Shown piece after piece: positions 23,892 to 37,290 of a stretch of 40,694 nucleotides of DNA; the first letter of the stretch is position 1; the number at the start of each line of letters is the position of its first letter. The notes beneath the pieces were generated by a model. That model had not been told where the DNA came from, ran no database searches, and saw nothing but the letters and a program-made list of their open reading frames with translations. The position numbers were made by a program, and so were the translations under genes. The DNA is from Octopus bimaculoides (lineage: Eukaryota): NCBI RefSeq assembly GCF_001194135.2, contig NC_068983.1:141412752-141453445 (forward strand), in the 5' to 3' direction.

Positions 23892-25269
23892 GTAAGAAAT
23901 AATTGAAGTTATTTTCGTTGTTGCACAATAATCTAAACAGACATTAGATAATTTCATTTTTACTACTGGAAACGTAGTACAAGTGAAATATGCGCCAACT
24001 TACGACACCATTTAAGTCTAACAATGAATCACACAGACTCACACATNNNNNNNNNNACTTACGACACCATTTAAGTCTAACAATGAATCACACAGACTCA
24101 CACATACGCATCCAAACACATATTTATACTCATGTTCTTCACGTTAATTCTTTCTTCATCTCTTTCAACACCACTATCTCTCTACCTTTCTCCGCCTCAA
24201 ACTCATTTTGTCCCATTCTAAATTTCTCTCTCTNNNNNNNNNNNNNNNNNNNNNNNNNNNNNNNNNNNNNNNNNNNNNNCTCTCTCTCTCTCTTTCTCTC
24301 TCTCTCTTCCTCTCTCTCTCTCTTGCCCTTTATATCTCTTTCCTTCTATCTCTTTTTCACTCTCTATATGTCCCTCTCACTGTCTGTGTCTGCGTGTCAC
24401 ACCTCGTGCCATTTCCATATGTTTCTTTCTGTTATGACACTCAGTACCCTCTTATGAGCCTGCTACACGGCCCTTAATCATAAGTCTCTTAACCATAACT
24501 CTCACATCCCCTTTTTTCCTGTTGAGTAATCAAACACTTCGTTCATGCTCAGGATTGTAGGAGATATAGCAGAAGACAGTTGCCGCAGTCGCCACGCACT
24601 GAGACTGAACTAAAAGCCATATGGTTGGGAAGTGACCCAACTACCTTACTTCCCTGGCATTTTATTTTATCTGCNNNNNNNNNNTGGGAAATAAAAGGAA
24701 ATCCGATCTCAGGTGATTTTCAATTTGCAACTGGGATTGTATTAATAATGACAGTTTTCGAATTCAAAACAACGCCAGTAATTTTATGAGAGGATTAAGG
24801 AAATATAATCAACCTCATTTCTCAACATGTACTTATTTTAACAACTCCAAAAGGAGGAATGGTAAGTCAACATCTGTGACATTTATGTTCAGAACTTAAA
24901 ACCGGAAGATATGTTTAGCTGCAGATCGTTCGCCTTGTCGTAATACTAACGATTCTGACTGCTCACCGCCTCAACGGTTCCAAAGTTTGGCACAAGGCCA
25001 NNNNNNNNNNNNNNNNNNGAAATCGATAATGACGATCCCAATATTTAGTTACACATATAATCAACGCCGAAGGATGAATGGAAAATTGAAATCAGTGACA
25101 TTTCACTTAAGAATGAAAGCATGCCAGGACGCAACGTAGCATTTTGGTTAATAGGTAACTGTTGTACTATATAGGTGGTCATTTTTCAGGTTTCCATGTT
25201 TCTAAGGAAAGTATTTATATGTATATGCATGAATATAGATACGTAAATATGTACATAAATATACGTACA

Positions 25270-25308
<39 letters not shown>

Positions 25309-25325
25309 NNNNNNNNNNNNNNNNN

Positions 25326-25359
<34 letters not shown>

Positions 25360-25362
25360 GGA

Positions 25363-25614
25363 TAAAATCATTAATTTTATCAGTGGCCAGCATAGAAATG
25401 TAGTCCTGTTAAGGTGAAATCTTATAAATGATTATGATAAAGGTCATAAAAAAAATCTTGCCTATCTGCTGGAAAGTGACGCTACATCGTCTAACCACGT
25501 CATCACCAAAATTAGAGGCAAGTTGAAATGCCTTTTATTATAATTATTTATATGATTTCACCTTAATAGGTCTATATTTATATGGTGGCCACTGATAAAA
25601 TTTTAATGATTTTA
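25363..25614. mobile_element. Small foldback/MITE-like element
   Basis: Arms of about 85 bp (aaaatcattaattttatcagtggcca...aaggtcat versus atgcctttt...tggccactgataaaattttaatgatttt) are imperfect reverse complements. Confidence 0.7.
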
Positions 25615-26039
25615 GCATTTTTTGTTATAAATTGAATAATTCTCATTCACTTCTGGGTTGTCTAGTCACTTATGGTCTACCCTGACCGTATACCAATGTT
25701 GTTGAGGTATTTGTGGTATTTATATGTAACCTTGGCTTTGCGTTTGCTTTCCTGTGGGTTTGTATNNNNNNNNNNTATTTATATGTAACCTTGGCTTTGC
25801 GTTTGCTTTCCTGTGGGTTTGTATAAATATTTCATTTATTGCGCTCAGTTTCCTCTCCTGATGAGGAAAAGCCATTAGGCTAATCTAGAAATTGATGAAT
25901 CCAGGGATAATACTGTATTTTTATGAATTTGCGTTAGCTTACTCCTTCGATCTGGTGATGACCTAAAGTGGTTAGATGATTTAGCTTCCATTTTCAGCAT
26001 ATAGGCAAAGGTTTTTCCATGATCTTCATTATATACATG

Positions 26040-26078
<39 letters not shown>

Positions 26079-27754
26079 NNNNNNNNNNNNNNNNNNNNNN
26101 NNNNNNNNNNNNNNNNNNNNNNNNNNNNNNNNNNNNNTATATATATATATATATATATTTAAATAAGAGTTTTGACGCTAATATCCATATGTATTAAAGT
26201 TTATTACCTATGTAAACATTTCTGTATAAGATCAAATTCAACTCTTATTTNNNNNNNNNNTCAAGTTAAATAAGTAAATTACGTTACACATCCTCAGGGT
26301 AAAAAGTAAACACCAAAAAAAATTTATAGTCTCTAAGGCTGATCCATATTCAAAATTCCTCTTCAAATAAAAGTCCGTCTAAGGGAGAAAACCCTAATAA
26401 CATTATTAATTATAAACAGTCAAGTAATACAAATTATTGATTCNNNNNNNNNNNNNNNNNNNNNNNNNNNNNNNNNNNNNNNNNNNNNNNNNNNNNNNNN
26501 AAACTTTAGTAAATAAATACAAATATACAATTAGATTATTAGTGATAAATAATACAGTTAATATATTCTGTTTTTTAAACCTAATATTATATTATAATAC
26601 CCGATCATACTGAAATTTATAANNNNNNNNNNAACCAGAAAAACGTATGCCTAAGAAAATGGCTACATCTGAAAGCATTGTACGTGAGTTTATTTATTAA
26701 CCAAAAGGGAGTATGATCCATGATCCATACATTATCATCTTTAGAGTTATCACAGTTATTTGTATAATTCTGAAAAAAATTTAAATTACCTATGTTACGT
26801 TTATGACAATCTCTGGGTTTATTTTACTTATTTTCGCTTAACTTATTCTTATACTTATTATTCTTATAATTCGTGCCTGTCTTAATATTGGCACAATCAG
26901 GTTCAACATAATAAACCTCTTTGTATCCGGCCGAGTTAGCTGCAAATACATATATATGTATATATATAAATGTATATATATATATATNNNNNNNNNNNNN
27001 NNNNNNNNNNNNNNNNNNNNNNNNNNNNNNNNNNNNNNNNNNNNNNNNNNNNNNNNNNNNNNNNNNNNNNNNNNNNNNNNNNNNNNNNNNNNNNNNNNNN
27101 NNNNNNNNAATGGGCAAGTCAGTATAGAAAAGAAACGAAAATGAAGGAGTGAGGAATCTTTCACAAATTGTTGTATATAATTATCAGCCTCTCGTTCAAT
27201 TGAATGTCTGTAGATTTTGTGACAAAGATGTCCAAGTATCTNNNNNNNNNNNNNNNNNNNNNNNNNNNNNNNNNNNNNNNNNNNNNNNNNNNNNNNNNNN
27301 NNNNNNNNNNNNNNNNNNNNNNNNNNNNNNNNNNNNNNNNNNNNNNNNNNNNNNNNNNNNNNNNNNNNNNNNNNNNNNNNNNNNNNNNNNNNNNNNNNNN
27401 NNNNNNNNNNNNNNNNNNNNNNNNNNNNNNNNNNNNNNNNNNNNNNNNNNNNNNNNNNNNNNNNNNNNNNNNNNNNNNNNNNNNNNNNNNNNNNNNNNNN
27501 NNNNNNNNNNNNNNNNNNNNNNNNNNNNNNNNNNNNNNNNNNNNNNNNNNNNNNNNNNNNNNNNNNNNNNNNNNNNNNNNNNNNNNNNNNNNNNNNNNNN
27601 NNNNNNNNNNNNNNNNNNNNNNNNNNNNNNNNNNNNNNNNNNNNNNNNNNNNNNNNNNNNNNNNNNNNNNNNNNNNNNNNNNNNNNNNNNNNNNNNNNNN
27701 NNNNNNNNNNNNNNNNNNNNNNNNNNNNNNNNNNNNNNNNNNNNNNNNNNNNNN

Positions 27755-27967
27755 TCTTCAAGTGAAATTTGATGGGAACCATCGTGTCATTGTCAAAGTT
27801 CCCGGTACTTACAGAAGACAACTCACAGGAATATGTGGTGATTGCAATGGCAAGAAAGATGACTGGCGCACAAAAGCTGGGGTAAACGTATCAAAACGAA
27901 GAAACAAATATTCTCTCATCGGTAAAAGCTATGAAGTTCTTGATGATAGTGATAAACCTCAGAAGAA
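27755..27967 (+). CDS. VWD domain exon, C-terminal part (5' end hidden in gap), ends phase 2
   Basis: LQVKFDGNHRVIVKVPGTYRRQLTGICGDCNGKKDDWRT...IGKSYEV matches the VWD C-terminal consensus; donor aagaa|GTAAGT; phase matches the next exon. Confidence 0.9.
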
Positions 27968-29002
27968 GTAAGTGTAAACTTTCGCAATTTTCTTCCATTT
28001 TAGCTTCGTTCGGTGTTTGTACTTAATGACTGTCCTCGTTCGTGACAAAATGTTTTATATATNNNNNNNNNNNNNNNNNNNNNNNNNNNNNNNNNNNNNN
28101 NNNNNNNNNNNNNNNNNNNNNNNNNNNNNNNNNNNNNNNNNNNNNNNAACATGTCTTGTATTAACGAACATAAAAAAGTTTTCACATTTAAATGTATACA
28201 TCGATATACTTAAGTCTTATACATACGTAAAGTTCAGTTTTCTGGAATATAAATCACATATTAGCATAAGATTATATATTTACATCGAATCACTTTCATA
28301 TGTAAAGTCCAATTCCAGTGTTATAACTGAACGAATGATTCCGCCTATACGATGGAACAAGTATATGTAAAGAGATACGGATGAAGACGATACGCATTTC
28401 TTCCCCCAATTGCCCAATCTTAGCAACAAAATAACAAAAAATACTGAATTTGTCTCCATTACGAATCGAAGGAGCTTGTTGGAACATGTTATTTTCTCTG
28501 AGACAAACGGCCATTTTGTTGTTCATTGAATTTAAATTTCTAATGAAATTACATACAAAATTCGAATTTCTATATTTATCTGTATATCTAGAATACAAGC
28601 TTATTCTTTTTTACATTTTGCAATAAAATTTGTTTCCTGAATTGTTTTTTATTTTATTGTTAGTAATATATTTCGCAAGGCAGCCAACTGGTAAAATTAG
28701 TTGGCAAGCCGTGCAAAATGCCTAGCCGCATTTCCTGCGTCTGTATGTGCTGAGTTCAAATTCTGCTGAGGTCGACTTTGCCTTGCATCGATATGGGTCG
28801 ATGTAGGTCGAGAAAATAAAGACCAGTTCAACACTGAGGTCAATGTAATCGATGTAGCCACTCCCACGACACCTACTGGCTTTGTACCAGAATTTNNNNN
28901 NNNNNAATCGATGTAGCCACTCCCACGACACCTACTGGCTTTGTACCAGAATTTCAAACCATTGTTAATATATTTCACACAAATATTCTTATGTATTTAC
29001 AG

Positions 29003-29274
29003 ATGTCAGTCAACAGATGTAAGTGTTACATGTAATAAACACGCAATTCGGCGTTGCAACGAAATTATCAATAAGAGAGGTATCTTTAAAAACTGCCTTA
29101 AGTCTATATTTTCAACTGCTGTCAAGTTTTACCAATCCTGCAAAATAGACGCTTGTGCTTATAACAAGGACAAAGGATTAAAGAAACAAGTTATATGTCG
29201 TTCGTTTGAAGCATTCGCCCAGAATTGTGAAGCAATTGGCGTTTTAGTAAACTGGAGGAAAGCACTTAAATGTA
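29003..29274 (+). CDS. C8 domain exon, phase 2-1
   Basis: tatttacAG|atgtcag... to ...tgta|GTAAGT; CNEII...IFKNC...FYQSCKIDAC...ICRSFEAFAQNC...NWR...C is the Cys spacing of the C8 domain that follows VWD. Confidence 0.92.
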
Positions 29275-29684
29275 GTAAGTTGACTGTTATGTTCCTATTT
29301 NNNNNNNNNNNNNNNNNNNNNNNNNNNNNNNNNNNNNNNNNNNNNNNNNNNNNNNNNNNNNNNNNNNNNNNNNNNNNNNNNNNNNNNNNNNNNNNNNNNN
29401 TAGAATACCATAGAATGGCGAAACGTTTTTGGATGGGGTCCATAAATAAGTCTACAAACAAGCTGTTGAAATTTGGAAGTAATACATATTGCATCCAAAT
29501 TTGTATGGGAGTTGAAACCTCAAAATCTAAAATATTTACGCGGGTTTCCTGAAAAATTGTTTTTATCTGATATACGATGCTCAATGCATTATGAAATCGT
29601 TTCAAAAGTTTTTACTTCGGCTATATTCATAAAAATCAAACGGAATGCATATATGTATGTCTGAATTTTTGTATGTATGCATGG

Positions 29685-29717
<33 letters not shown>

Positions 29718-29989
29718 TGTATGTAGGTAGGTATGTATGTATGTTTGTATTTTTGTATGTATGCATCGATATATGTATGTATGCATGGATATATGTATGT
29801 ATATATGCATGTATGCATGCATGCATGAATGCATGTATGTAGGAATGCACGCACGCATGTACGTATACATATAGCATACGATAATGCCGAAGCTAAAGAA
29901 CACAGAGTAAAGCCGCTACGCAGAAGTTGACCTTGAGCTCTGTTGTGCAGGCGTACTTAGCCCCAACGTTCAAGCTTAATTTCACTGCT

Positions 29990-30400
29990 TACAACAGTGC
30001 TTGAAAGAAGATATGTAACGTGTCATCATTGCATTGAACATGACAGAGACAGTTGAGCAGAGAATCTGCATCAAACTTTGCCAAACGCTTGGCGATACCT
30101 TCCCAGCGCCCTGTGGAATGTTTCAAAAAAGTTTTCATCGTTCTCGACACAGTCAAGATCTGGTGCAACTGAATCCTGCGTGTCTTTTGGGTCAGCTGAA
30201 AGCAGTTTTGGCACAAACTTGGCAGACACGCCTCTCATACTCAAATCATTAGTGATGGTTACTGATCTGTAAATAACTCACGGATTGTGATTCGACGATT
30301 TCTCCTCAGAGCTTCACACACATCTGAAATATTTCTATCAGTTCTGGGGGCTGCCGGTCTGCCAGAACGCTCGTCAATATCGACATTTTTGGGGGCCGTC
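29990..30400. mobile_element. Rearranged mariner transposase relic
   Basis: Plus strand 30040-30108 gives EQRICIKLCQTLGDT (mariner N-terminal HTH). Minus strand 30400-30108 gives DERSGRP...TDRNI...RRNRRITIREL and MRGVSAKFVPKLLSAD...VENDENFL. Confidence 0.78.
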
Positions 30401-32433
30401 TCGTCTCCCGTTTCTTTTTTTTTTTTCTTTTCCCTCTTTTTTCGTCTGCGGAGGTTGGGGCCTCTGTCGGGATACTCAGGGGGCCTANNNNNNNNNNNNN
30501 NNNNNNNNNNNNNNNNNNNNNNNNNNNNNNNNNNNNNNNNNNNNNNNNNNNNNNNNNNNNNNNNNNNNNNNNNNNNNNNNNNNNNNNNNNNNNNNNNNNN
30601 NNNNNNNNNNNNNNNNNNNNNNNNNNNNNNNNNNNNNNNNNNNNNNNNNNNNNNNNNNNNNNNNNNNNNNNNNNNNNNNNNNNNNNNNNNNNNNNNNNNN
30701 NNNNNNNNNNNNNNNNNNNNNNNNNNNNNNNNNNNNNNNNNNNNNNNNNNNNNNNNNNNNNNNNNNNNNNNNNNNNNNNNNNNNNNNNNNNNNNNNNNNN
30801 NNNNNNNNNNNNNNNNNNNNNNNNNNNNNNNNNNNNNNNNNNNNNNNNNNNNNNNNNNNNNNNNNNNNNNNNNNNNNNNNNNNNNNNNNNNNNNNNNNNN
30901 NNNNNNNNNNNNNNNNNNNNNNNNNNNNNNNNNNNNNNNNNNNNAACAAGTCCCCTCACAAAACTTTAGTTGGCATAGAGCTATAGTAGAAGATATTTGC
31001 CCAAGGTGCTGCACAGCAGGATTGAACCCCAATGCATATAGTTGGGAAGCAAACTTCATAGTCATATAGCCATTCCTGCACCTATATATATGTTGTTAAT
31101 ATTGTACAGTAATCCCTCAACTATATGTTCCAAAACACCACCATGATAGGAGAAAATCCACAAAGTGGAAACAGTACTGTACTGTATATTTTTTAAAATA
31201 TTTCTATTATTTGTATATATTTATTTTATTATAAATGCAAAACAACACCACAGAGAAATCGATGTAAGCTTAAATAATAAACTGTGGTAGGTGAACTGTG
31301 ATAGGTGAACTGCGATATGGTGAGGGATTACTGTATTCTGAGAGAAGAGAGGAAAAAGGGAATAAGGAGAGAATACTCTTAGTTTATTACCAAAACTAAC
31401 ATAATCTTTTACAAATCCCAAATCATGAACATTTATTTTACAATTTGAATTATTTTGATAACTGCAAGAAACAATGTCATTTTTCAGATAATGCTTATTA
31501 TTCTCACTAATAGATATTCATTTCTACTTCAGAAAAGTTATATTGTCTAAATCAGCTATTAACATACATTTTTAATTGTTATTATGAGTTAGCCATTTCT
31601 TCAGTACACAAATAAATAACCACTGCCATTACACATAATTAGTAATACAGGTTTGTTTTTTAAATGAAAGCGTTATGACTAAAAAAAATAATTATAGAGC
31701 AGTACATGGGTTTAGGCATTGCATTGTGTTTTGGGGCAAAAACACTCATTAGTACTTGCCTCATGTAACCTCATTAGGGAAGTGCATTAAGAGAACAATA
31801 AATAAACTCATGATCTATAATAGAGGGTACAACATGNNNNNNNNNNTTTCATGAACTCGGTCGACTTCAAAGTTCCATTTTGGACGGAGTTAAAAAGACA
31901 CCAGTCCACTCCGATCATCGGGTCTGTGTGATCATCATATGTGTGTGTGTGTGTGTGTGGGTGTGGGTGTGTGGGTGTGTGTGTGTGTGTGAGTGTGTGC
32001 ATGTATGTATGTTTATGTATGTATGTATACAAATACTCAGAAAATGGAGATAATCTCAGATCAGCAAACACATCGAGTGCACCACATTTATAGCTTATTT
32101 TTTAATATAAAGCATGACATCAACGAATAAATTCTTCATCTTCATAAGATATTCGAATTAAGGCACGGAGTTTCATCGGAGTAAATAAAAAATTTAATTT
32201 TCCTGAATATACCAGAAAATCCTTTTACTAGAGTCGGACTGCATTTAACGAATCTGCCTGTCGCTCATACCTACTACGTTTTTCAGTCTCTCTTTCCTGT
32301 GTGACAAGCAACACATTGCGATTTATTATAAGATTTTCGGGTTTACACATTCCAGTCAGAGTAATCTTTTATTTATACTGCACGTTATAAAATAAAGATA
32401 AATTACATATTTTATCTATTCTTCTCCACGCAG

Positions 32434-32627
32434 AATTACAGTGCCGTAAAAACATGGTGTATAAGTTCTCCACTCCTATATATCAACCATCATGCTATAA
32501 TAGAAGAATCCCTCGCATTGGAAAATTTACAGAAGCCTGTGTATGCAAAAAAGGATTCATACTTAGTGGAACAGAATGTGTTCGAGTCTCATCTTGTGGT
32601 TGTAAATACAAGGGAATATATATGAAA
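32434..32627 (+). CDS. TIL-like domain exon (only 6 of the 10 TIL Cys) plus start of TILa, phase 1-0
   Basis: ccacgcAG|aattacagtgc... to ...atgaaa|GTAAGT; CRKNMVY...SCY...EACVCKKGFILSGTECVRVSSCGCKYKG. Confidence 0.88.
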
Positions 32628-33643
32628 GTAAGTACAACGCATGCAACTTTCATAAATGCTTTATATTATGAAATAGTTTCCAGTCATGATAAATCTCATA
32701 AAAATTTAAGCGGAATCAGTTTACAAAGCACTCCCTTCCGGACAGGAAAACAATGGAGTATCATGAATAAAAATGTTAGTCAGGCATATGTCTATGTTCA
32801 TAGAGCCAAGAATATGATCTGGAAGTATTCAATACACGATGTGTACGTATCTATTTCTACAACTAATATATGCAATGTTGTAGTATGTCTGACAGTGTAA
32901 GTTTGTTTATAGTGGTTTGGAAAATACTAAAACTTATCAAGGAAAGTAAGGTTTGAAACAACGACATAAAGTATCAACAGCACTATCAACATTTAAAGAC
33001 ATTTCTTCGATTCAATGATATTCTGTTTTAAGAAGTACAATAAATTGACATCAAATAAAAGCAATCTCATTACAGATAAAGAGAATTTACCAAATTTTCT
33101 TTATCAATCAAATTCTCAAATTTAGTTCATAAATCAAAGAGAAATACAAATAACTTCATATGGAAATTCGCGGTAATACTCTCATATTTCAATGTTGCTT
33201 TTGGTGAAACAGTTAAATGATTTTGTTTCATATTCTTTTATGGTGAAGAAAATTTTTAAAGCATTCTAATTAAATACAATGGCGGACACAAAATTTCGCA
33301 AATCTACACATACATCGATTAATATATTCAAACACACGTGCATGCACGCGCACCCTCTCATTCACATATACATACGTGATTTGGCGTATAATTATCCTGA
33401 TAACATGTAAGAAAATAATTCCAAACAGCAACTATGACATTTGATATAACTTATCTTAGAGGAAAACAAATTTATATGTGCCTTAAATAATTATAATCGA
33501 AGCTATATCCCAATAAGAATTTATCAAATAATTGCGTTTGTTTGTCGTATATATTCAAATACAAACACTATATATATATAAATACATCTATTCCGTGCGA
33601 TCACACACACAATATATATTTGCCTGATTAATCCTTTTACTAG

Positions 33644-33815
33644 CGAGGCTCAAGCTTCCTGTTGGACGATTGCTCAAGGAGAATTTCATGCAGGAACAAT
33701 GGCAGAATTAAAGCGTCAAGACTTTGTCCTAAATTTTCTGTGTGTCAAGTGGTAAATGGAAATCGCGTGTGTAAATGTAAGAAAGGAGATGTTATCAAGA
33801 GGGGAAAATGTGTCG
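33644..33815 (+). CDS. TILa/VWC-like plus EGF-like exon, phase 0-1
   Basis: ccttttactAG|cgaggctca... to ...tgtgtcg|GTAAGT; RGSSFLLDDCSRRISC...LCPKFSVCQVVNGNRVCKCKKGDVIKRGKCV. Not in the supplied ORF track (short, no ATG), but its phases fit both neighbours. Confidence 0.85.
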
Positions 33816-33876
33816 GTAAGTAAATGAAAACTTGATCTTTTTTTTTAGTTTTCTCATACACGCACGCACGCACACG

Positions 33877-33923
<47 letters not shown>

Positions 33924-34733
33924 NNNNNNNNNNNNNNNNNNNNNNNNNNNNNNNNNNNNNNNNNNNNNNNNNNNNNNNNNNNNNNNNNNNNNNNNNNNNN
34001 NNNNNNNNNNNNNNNNNNNNNNNNNNNNNNNNNNNNNNNNNNNNCACACACGCACACGCACACACACACACACGCACACACACACACTCAATCACAAACA
34101 CACACGCACACACATACACACACATAAACACGCACAAACAGATGATAAAACTAATGTTTAATAGCTGGTAGCTTACTGGTAAATCGCGATCACTTTCACA
34201 GTGTTTGTTATGTCGGCAGCTTCAAGAAAATCAATAAGAGATATTCAACATTGGACGATTTTCTATGTCACCTTAAGGAAGATAAAATTAAGTATAATAT
34301 GACTTGGTCCATTGTAGAGCACACGAAACCATAAATTTCATTTCCGAGAGATGCCGACTAAGCTCCCAGGAATCCCTGTCTATTTTGTGGACCAACACAA
34401 AGACCATTAATAGAATTCATTAAAAACTCGTACGATGCTCACATGCATATAAATGCGCGTTCGAACAACGCAATGGGAATGAATTTGAGTAACACAATTC
34501 GTGAGTTTAAGCTTATATCTTCATGGGTACCTGCATAAGTAAGTCTACAGTTGCCATACAACCTATGCAATAGTGTTTATACATCCATATCCATTAACGG
34601 TTGCATTTAATATTTTTTCGGTGTATTTAGTGTTCCTTTGTTTTTTGCATATGTTATTTCAAATAGTTATATCTATTTATATAATCCTCTCTCTATATAA
34701 GTATACATATATATGTGTGTGTGTGAGCGTGCG

Positions 34734-34786
<53 letters not shown>

Positions 34787-34983
34787 ATTTATATATATAT
34801 ANNNNNNNNNNNNNNNNNNNNNNNNNNNNNNNNNNNNNNNNNNNNNNNNNNNNNNNNNNNNNNNNNNNNNNNNNNNNNNNNNNNNNNNNNNNNNNNNNNN
34901 NNNNNNNNNNNNNNNNNNNNNNNNNNNNNNNNNNNNNNNNNNNNNNNNNNNNNNNNNNNNNNNNNNNNNNNNNNNNNNNNNAC

Positions 34984-35018
<35 letters not shown>

Positions 35019-35204
35019 TATATATGGGAGAATATACAAATAATAACAACAGACGAGGACAGGTGGTGTAAATAACAAAAGTATATATTAGTATGACGCT
35101 CTGGAATACGGAAAGTCTTTGACGTTTCGAGCTACGCTCTTCAATAGAAAGAATACGGAGACAACACACACACACATATATATATATAACTGGCTATATA
35201 TCCG

Positions 35205-35480
35205 TCTCATCGGCGAGGTTTCCAGTTGATCCGATCAACAGAAGATCTTGCTCATGAAATTTCTGTGCAAGTCTCTCATCAGTCCACAGACACGTGTTCC
35301 CTTAATATATTTCTCGAAGAGAGTCAGTGTGATACAATGTGACAAGTCTACTAACTGTTGCCAGCTGAATGGACAAGGGCAATGTGAAACAACGTATCTT
35401 GCTCAAGGACACAACGCGCTTCTAGGAATCAAACTCATGACCATACGTTCGTGAACCGAATACCCTAACCACTAAGCCAT
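35205..35480 (-). mobile_element. Diverged tRNA-derived SINE
   Basis: Reverse complement: atggcttagtggttagggt...gagtttgattcc...ttgtgtccttgagcaaga... and the shared 3' body ...gatcggatcaactggaa. Confidence 0.72.
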
Positions 35481-37278
35481 ATACACACACATACACACAG
35501 GCACACACACTCACACACACGCAAACACACATGTTTATTATTATCTTTATCATCATGGTCAACATTTTAGCATTTACATTTTCATGCTTCATTGAATCAG
35601 ATGAATTTCGTTGTATAAAAATTTACAACTACCAACCTCATACCACTCATAATTTTCCCTGAGGAAATTTTTCTTTGTCCTTTTAATACACGCTATGCAA
35701 TGTCTGAGTTTGATTTATCGATCGCAAACAAATGGTACCGCTCTATGAAAATGACATTCTTTTCAAGGATGAAGAAAAAAGCACTCACGCAAAAGCACAC
35801 GCACATAGGCGCACACATACACATATATATATACAAACAAAGAACACAGAATTTACTTCAACGTAATCTACACAAATTTTTACCATCCAATATAATTTAT
35901 GGATTACTTAAAACTTTCTCCGTTTCAAGAGGATTGTCATAATAATCAAATCGCAAATATCAACAGCTTCATATAGGAAGGTGTGACAATCACAAGAATA
36001 AATTCCCCGAAATGGAAATGTTGTCGAAAATTTATCTCCTTTGGTCAAGGGGCTTAGATATATACAATAAATGATAGAAAATGCTTATAGCCCATGTAAT
36101 TTTCATAGATTAAACAAAGATTAGTAACAGGAAAAAGAAAAATGAGCTCAGAGAAATAATTCGAAGTGGCCAGTGACTTCTACTGGAACAGCATAGACAA
36201 ATAGAGGTATATCATATACTGTACAATAGGAAATTGAGTTTTTTTTAAATAAGCTCCGCCACAGGATGCCATAATTACCAAATGACGAGCTCGATGTAAA
36301 AATGGCAGATAGACCTAAATGTACATGCGTGTGTTTATATGTATATACACGTAGATTAATATTTGTGTGTGCGTGTGTGTTTGTGTGTGCGTGTGTGTGT
36401 GCGTGTGTGTGTGCGTGTGTGTGTGTGTAATATGCATACATGGGTATGGTTGTTATACAGCAGGACATGAAAACACCATACTTAAGGAAGTTGATTTATA
36501 AAAGACATAACATTGAGAAAACAGAATACTAGAAATATCGTTTTATGAAACATCTGAAAGACAAATATGGTGCACTGCCTTGAAAATAATTATTTATACA
36601 ACAACAATGCTTCAGAAACGTATATAGTAATCTTTGCATGTCATATATATATCTGAGAAATATATTTTCAGTTGGTGTGAGGGACAACGGTCTCAAAAAG
36701 CATTTAATTAGAGTTATATAACGGAGGTTATTTCAAATAACATCATATTTTCTCAATTATGCTACGTCAGACTAGATATTTTATGAAAATTGAATGAAAG
36801 GATCTTCAAATCATTTTACGTCGTAGTAACAAAGACAGATGAGATATTTTGAGCATATATACTATAAATAACGAAAACAAGCACAGCAATTCTTTCTAAT
36901 TTTGGTACGAGTCCCACAATTTTCAAGGTACTTCTACTTAGTTTTATTAACTGAAACTGGATTAAAGCACAAGTTATACTCGACTCATTTGGGCCTCTTA
37001 CATGTACTTATTAGCAGCATGATACCAACATATACAATATAGAATATAATAAAACAATGTAAACAAGATTTCCAATTCTAAATGTTATAACGTTCCCGTT
37101 GGCAAAAATATATCCCACATGTTTAAGTTTTTATTAGCAATGAAACAAATGAATGGACAATCATTGTTGTCAACATTCATTCCGCAATAGAAAGACTTTT
37201 ATATCTGTAATTTAAAATGCCTATTCAGAATATTTTTTATTTACTTACATTTTATTCATTTTTTTCATGACACAAAAG

Positions 37279-37290
37279 CACCAGCACCAA
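37279..37290 (+). CDS. 12-nt phase-1 microexon (A-P-A-P)
   Basis: tttattcatttttttcatgacacaaaAG|caccagcaccaa|GTAAGT; in frame after the 33644 exon; Pro-rich like the other linkers. Confidence 0.68.

Noticed and set aside
25850-25912. CTGATGA...GAAA hammerhead-like core
   Set aside because: Stem I does not pair at the cleavage junction and the base of stem II is unpaired; at best a dead relic.
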